17,476 bases of DNA, taken from the NCBI GenBank assembly GCA_048882385.1, contig JBHLRQ010000070.1, forward strand, positions 1 through 17,476, given 5' to 3'. Source of the stretch: Candidatus Thorarchaeota archaeon. GTDB taxonomy: Archaea; Asgardarchaeota; Thorarchaeia; Thorarchaeales; Thorarchaeaceae. The number at the start of each line of letters is the position of its first letter. Position 1 is the stretch's first letter. A program made the translations under genes and the position numbers. The notes beneath the pieces were generated by a model. That model was not told the DNA's origin, did not search any database, and saw only the letters and a program-made list of their open reading frames with translations. Positions 16,113-17,476 of this stretch are shown here, in pieces.

Positions 16113-16187
16113 GAATGTTCTAAGATTAGATTGATATTTGTCATCATCAATAGTTATGCGGAGGTTTCGAGGAGGGTCGTGGAAGGT

Positions 16188-17476
16188 ATGAAGAAGAAGT
16201 TCGTAAATGGACTCGTGTTGGTTCTTCTTGTTTTCTCTGTCATGCCATTATCCAGTCCTATTGTCGTTGATTCCGGTGTCATTGACTCTCCTCGAAATCC
16301 TTCACTTTCTGATATGGTATTTACTAGTAGTGAATGCGGATTTGATTTATGGTGGACTTCTCGCTGGCAATCGGTCCCAAAACGTATCCAGAATTATTCA
16401 ATAGCGACTGGTGACCATGTTGTTCTGAATGTTACAACTGACATTCCTGATGTATTGGAGATTTCACTCCTCGTTAATGATTCACTAGGTTCAGGTCACG
16501 AGGTTTTTACCAACAGTAGTGGTTCTCAGTTATTGTACGATACCTATTCGTTCGGGACTGGACATAATATGACCGCGAACATTACAGTCTGTGTCTATTC
16601 ACTTTCTGGTGGTGCTTATGTTCAGACCTACCACAATGTATCAATCAACAATTTCTTCAGTCCTATTCTAACGGTGTATCAGCCATACCAAATTATGCCA
16701 CCACCGGGCACCCAGATTTCACAACTCCCTATATCTGATAGAACTTGGGAATTTGAATGGGATTGTATGGACCTGAACGCAAATGACACAAACTACTATT
16801 CTGTCTGGCTGAGTACGGACGGAGGGACTTCATTTCAATTACTTCAAAACAATCTATCAATGTCATACTTTTCCTGGGATTCAACTGGTTTTCTTGAGAG
16901 AGATGACTATATCTATCGAGTCAGAGCCTATAGTCTAGACTTCACTGTTTTCGATGATCTGAACAACTCGTTGTGTTCTTTTGATAATCCGCCATATAGC
17001 TACTGGCCAGGCGACTATGTGGATGGAAAATCGATGGAATTCGGTAGAAGAGATGGACCAATTATATATCATGGTGCATCCAATGTTGCGGTGAATCACC
17101 CATCAGACCTTACCATTTTCCTATCTGAATCAGGTAAGCAGGTTGTTTGGGAGCTACATACTGATGACTCTGGTGATCAGACTGCTTCTGTCAGTTACAC
17201 AATACTCAGAAACGGCACTACTCATATCACTGACACTGCAACCATCGCACCATCAGCTGCAAGGAATGTCACTCTTAACCTAGATGAACTGGATGCGGGT
17301 ATCTATGAGTTTACTATCGCATTCCTGAATCCTGGTTATTTGGGTGGTTATGTTGGAGATACAATCATTGTGACAATACTCGCTGAATCCTCAGTTTTAC
17401 TCGTTGCAGCTGGAATTAGTGGAGGTTTGTTGGTCGGAATTGTGATTCTGGAAGTATTTCGAAGAGTATATGTAAA
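16188..17476 (+). CDS. Secreted, membrane-anchored surface glycoprotein with FN3/Ig-like beta domains (stop beyond the window; absent from the ORF track)
   Basis: Frame is open from ATG 16188 (MKKKFVNGLVLVLLVFSVMP signal peptide) to the window end. Contains YSVWLSTDGGTSFQLL...WDSTGF...YIYRVRAY and a C-terminal TM LLVAAGISGGLLVGIVILEVFRR. Confidence 0.88.
   Translation, partial: MKKKFVNGLVLVLLVFSVMPLSSPIVVDSGVIDSPRNPSLSDMVFTSSECGFDLWWTSRWQSVPKRIQNYSIATGDHVVLNVTTDIPDVLEISLLVNDSLGSGHEVFTNSSGSQLLYDTYSFGTGHNMTANITVCVYSLSGGAYVQTYHNVSINNFFSPILTVYQPYQIMPPPGTQISQLPISDRTWEFEWDCMDLNANDTNYYSVWLSTDGGTSFQLLQNNLSMSYFSWDSTGFLERDDYIYRVRAYSLDFTVFDDLNNSLCSFDNPPYSYWPGDYVDGKSMEFGRRDGPIIYHGASNVAVNHPSDLTIFLSESGKQVVWELHTDDSGDQTASVSYTILRNGTTHITDTATIAPSAARNVTLNLDELDAGIYEFTIAFLNPGYLGGYVGDTIIVTILAESSVLLVAAGISGGLLVGIVILEVFRRVYV

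Noticed and set aside
16207-16404. 65-aa ORF in the track
   Set aside because: Out-of-frame overlap with the longer signal-peptide ORF starting at 16188.

Overview
Archaeal chromosomal segment with no mobile element, CRISPR array or RNA gene detected. ThrRS is archaeal-type, several genes start at TTG, and there are C-terminally anchored surface glycoproteins; Asgard/Thorarchaeia origin is a plausible but unverified inference. The left end holds a minus-strand, ATGA-coupled aromatic amino acid operon (chorismate mutase-aminotransferase fusion, prephenate dehydrogenase, then aroB running off the window), divergent from thrS. Amino-acid metabolism genes, a small HTH protein, membrane proteins and two surface proteins follow. 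The main discovery is in the ~240-nt 5' leader of the aromatic operon (3010-3250, minus strand), missed by the ORF track. It encodes a Tyr-rich leader peptide (...YSGVYYSYY*), then a second SD+TTG leader peptide starting M-F-W-W-F-Y, and a third short frame whose stop overlaps the first gene's ATG. All three sit in mutually exclusive RNA hairpins. This looks like a tandem leader-peptide attenuator sensing Tyr, Phe and Trp in an archaeon. The mechanism is inferred, not proven.
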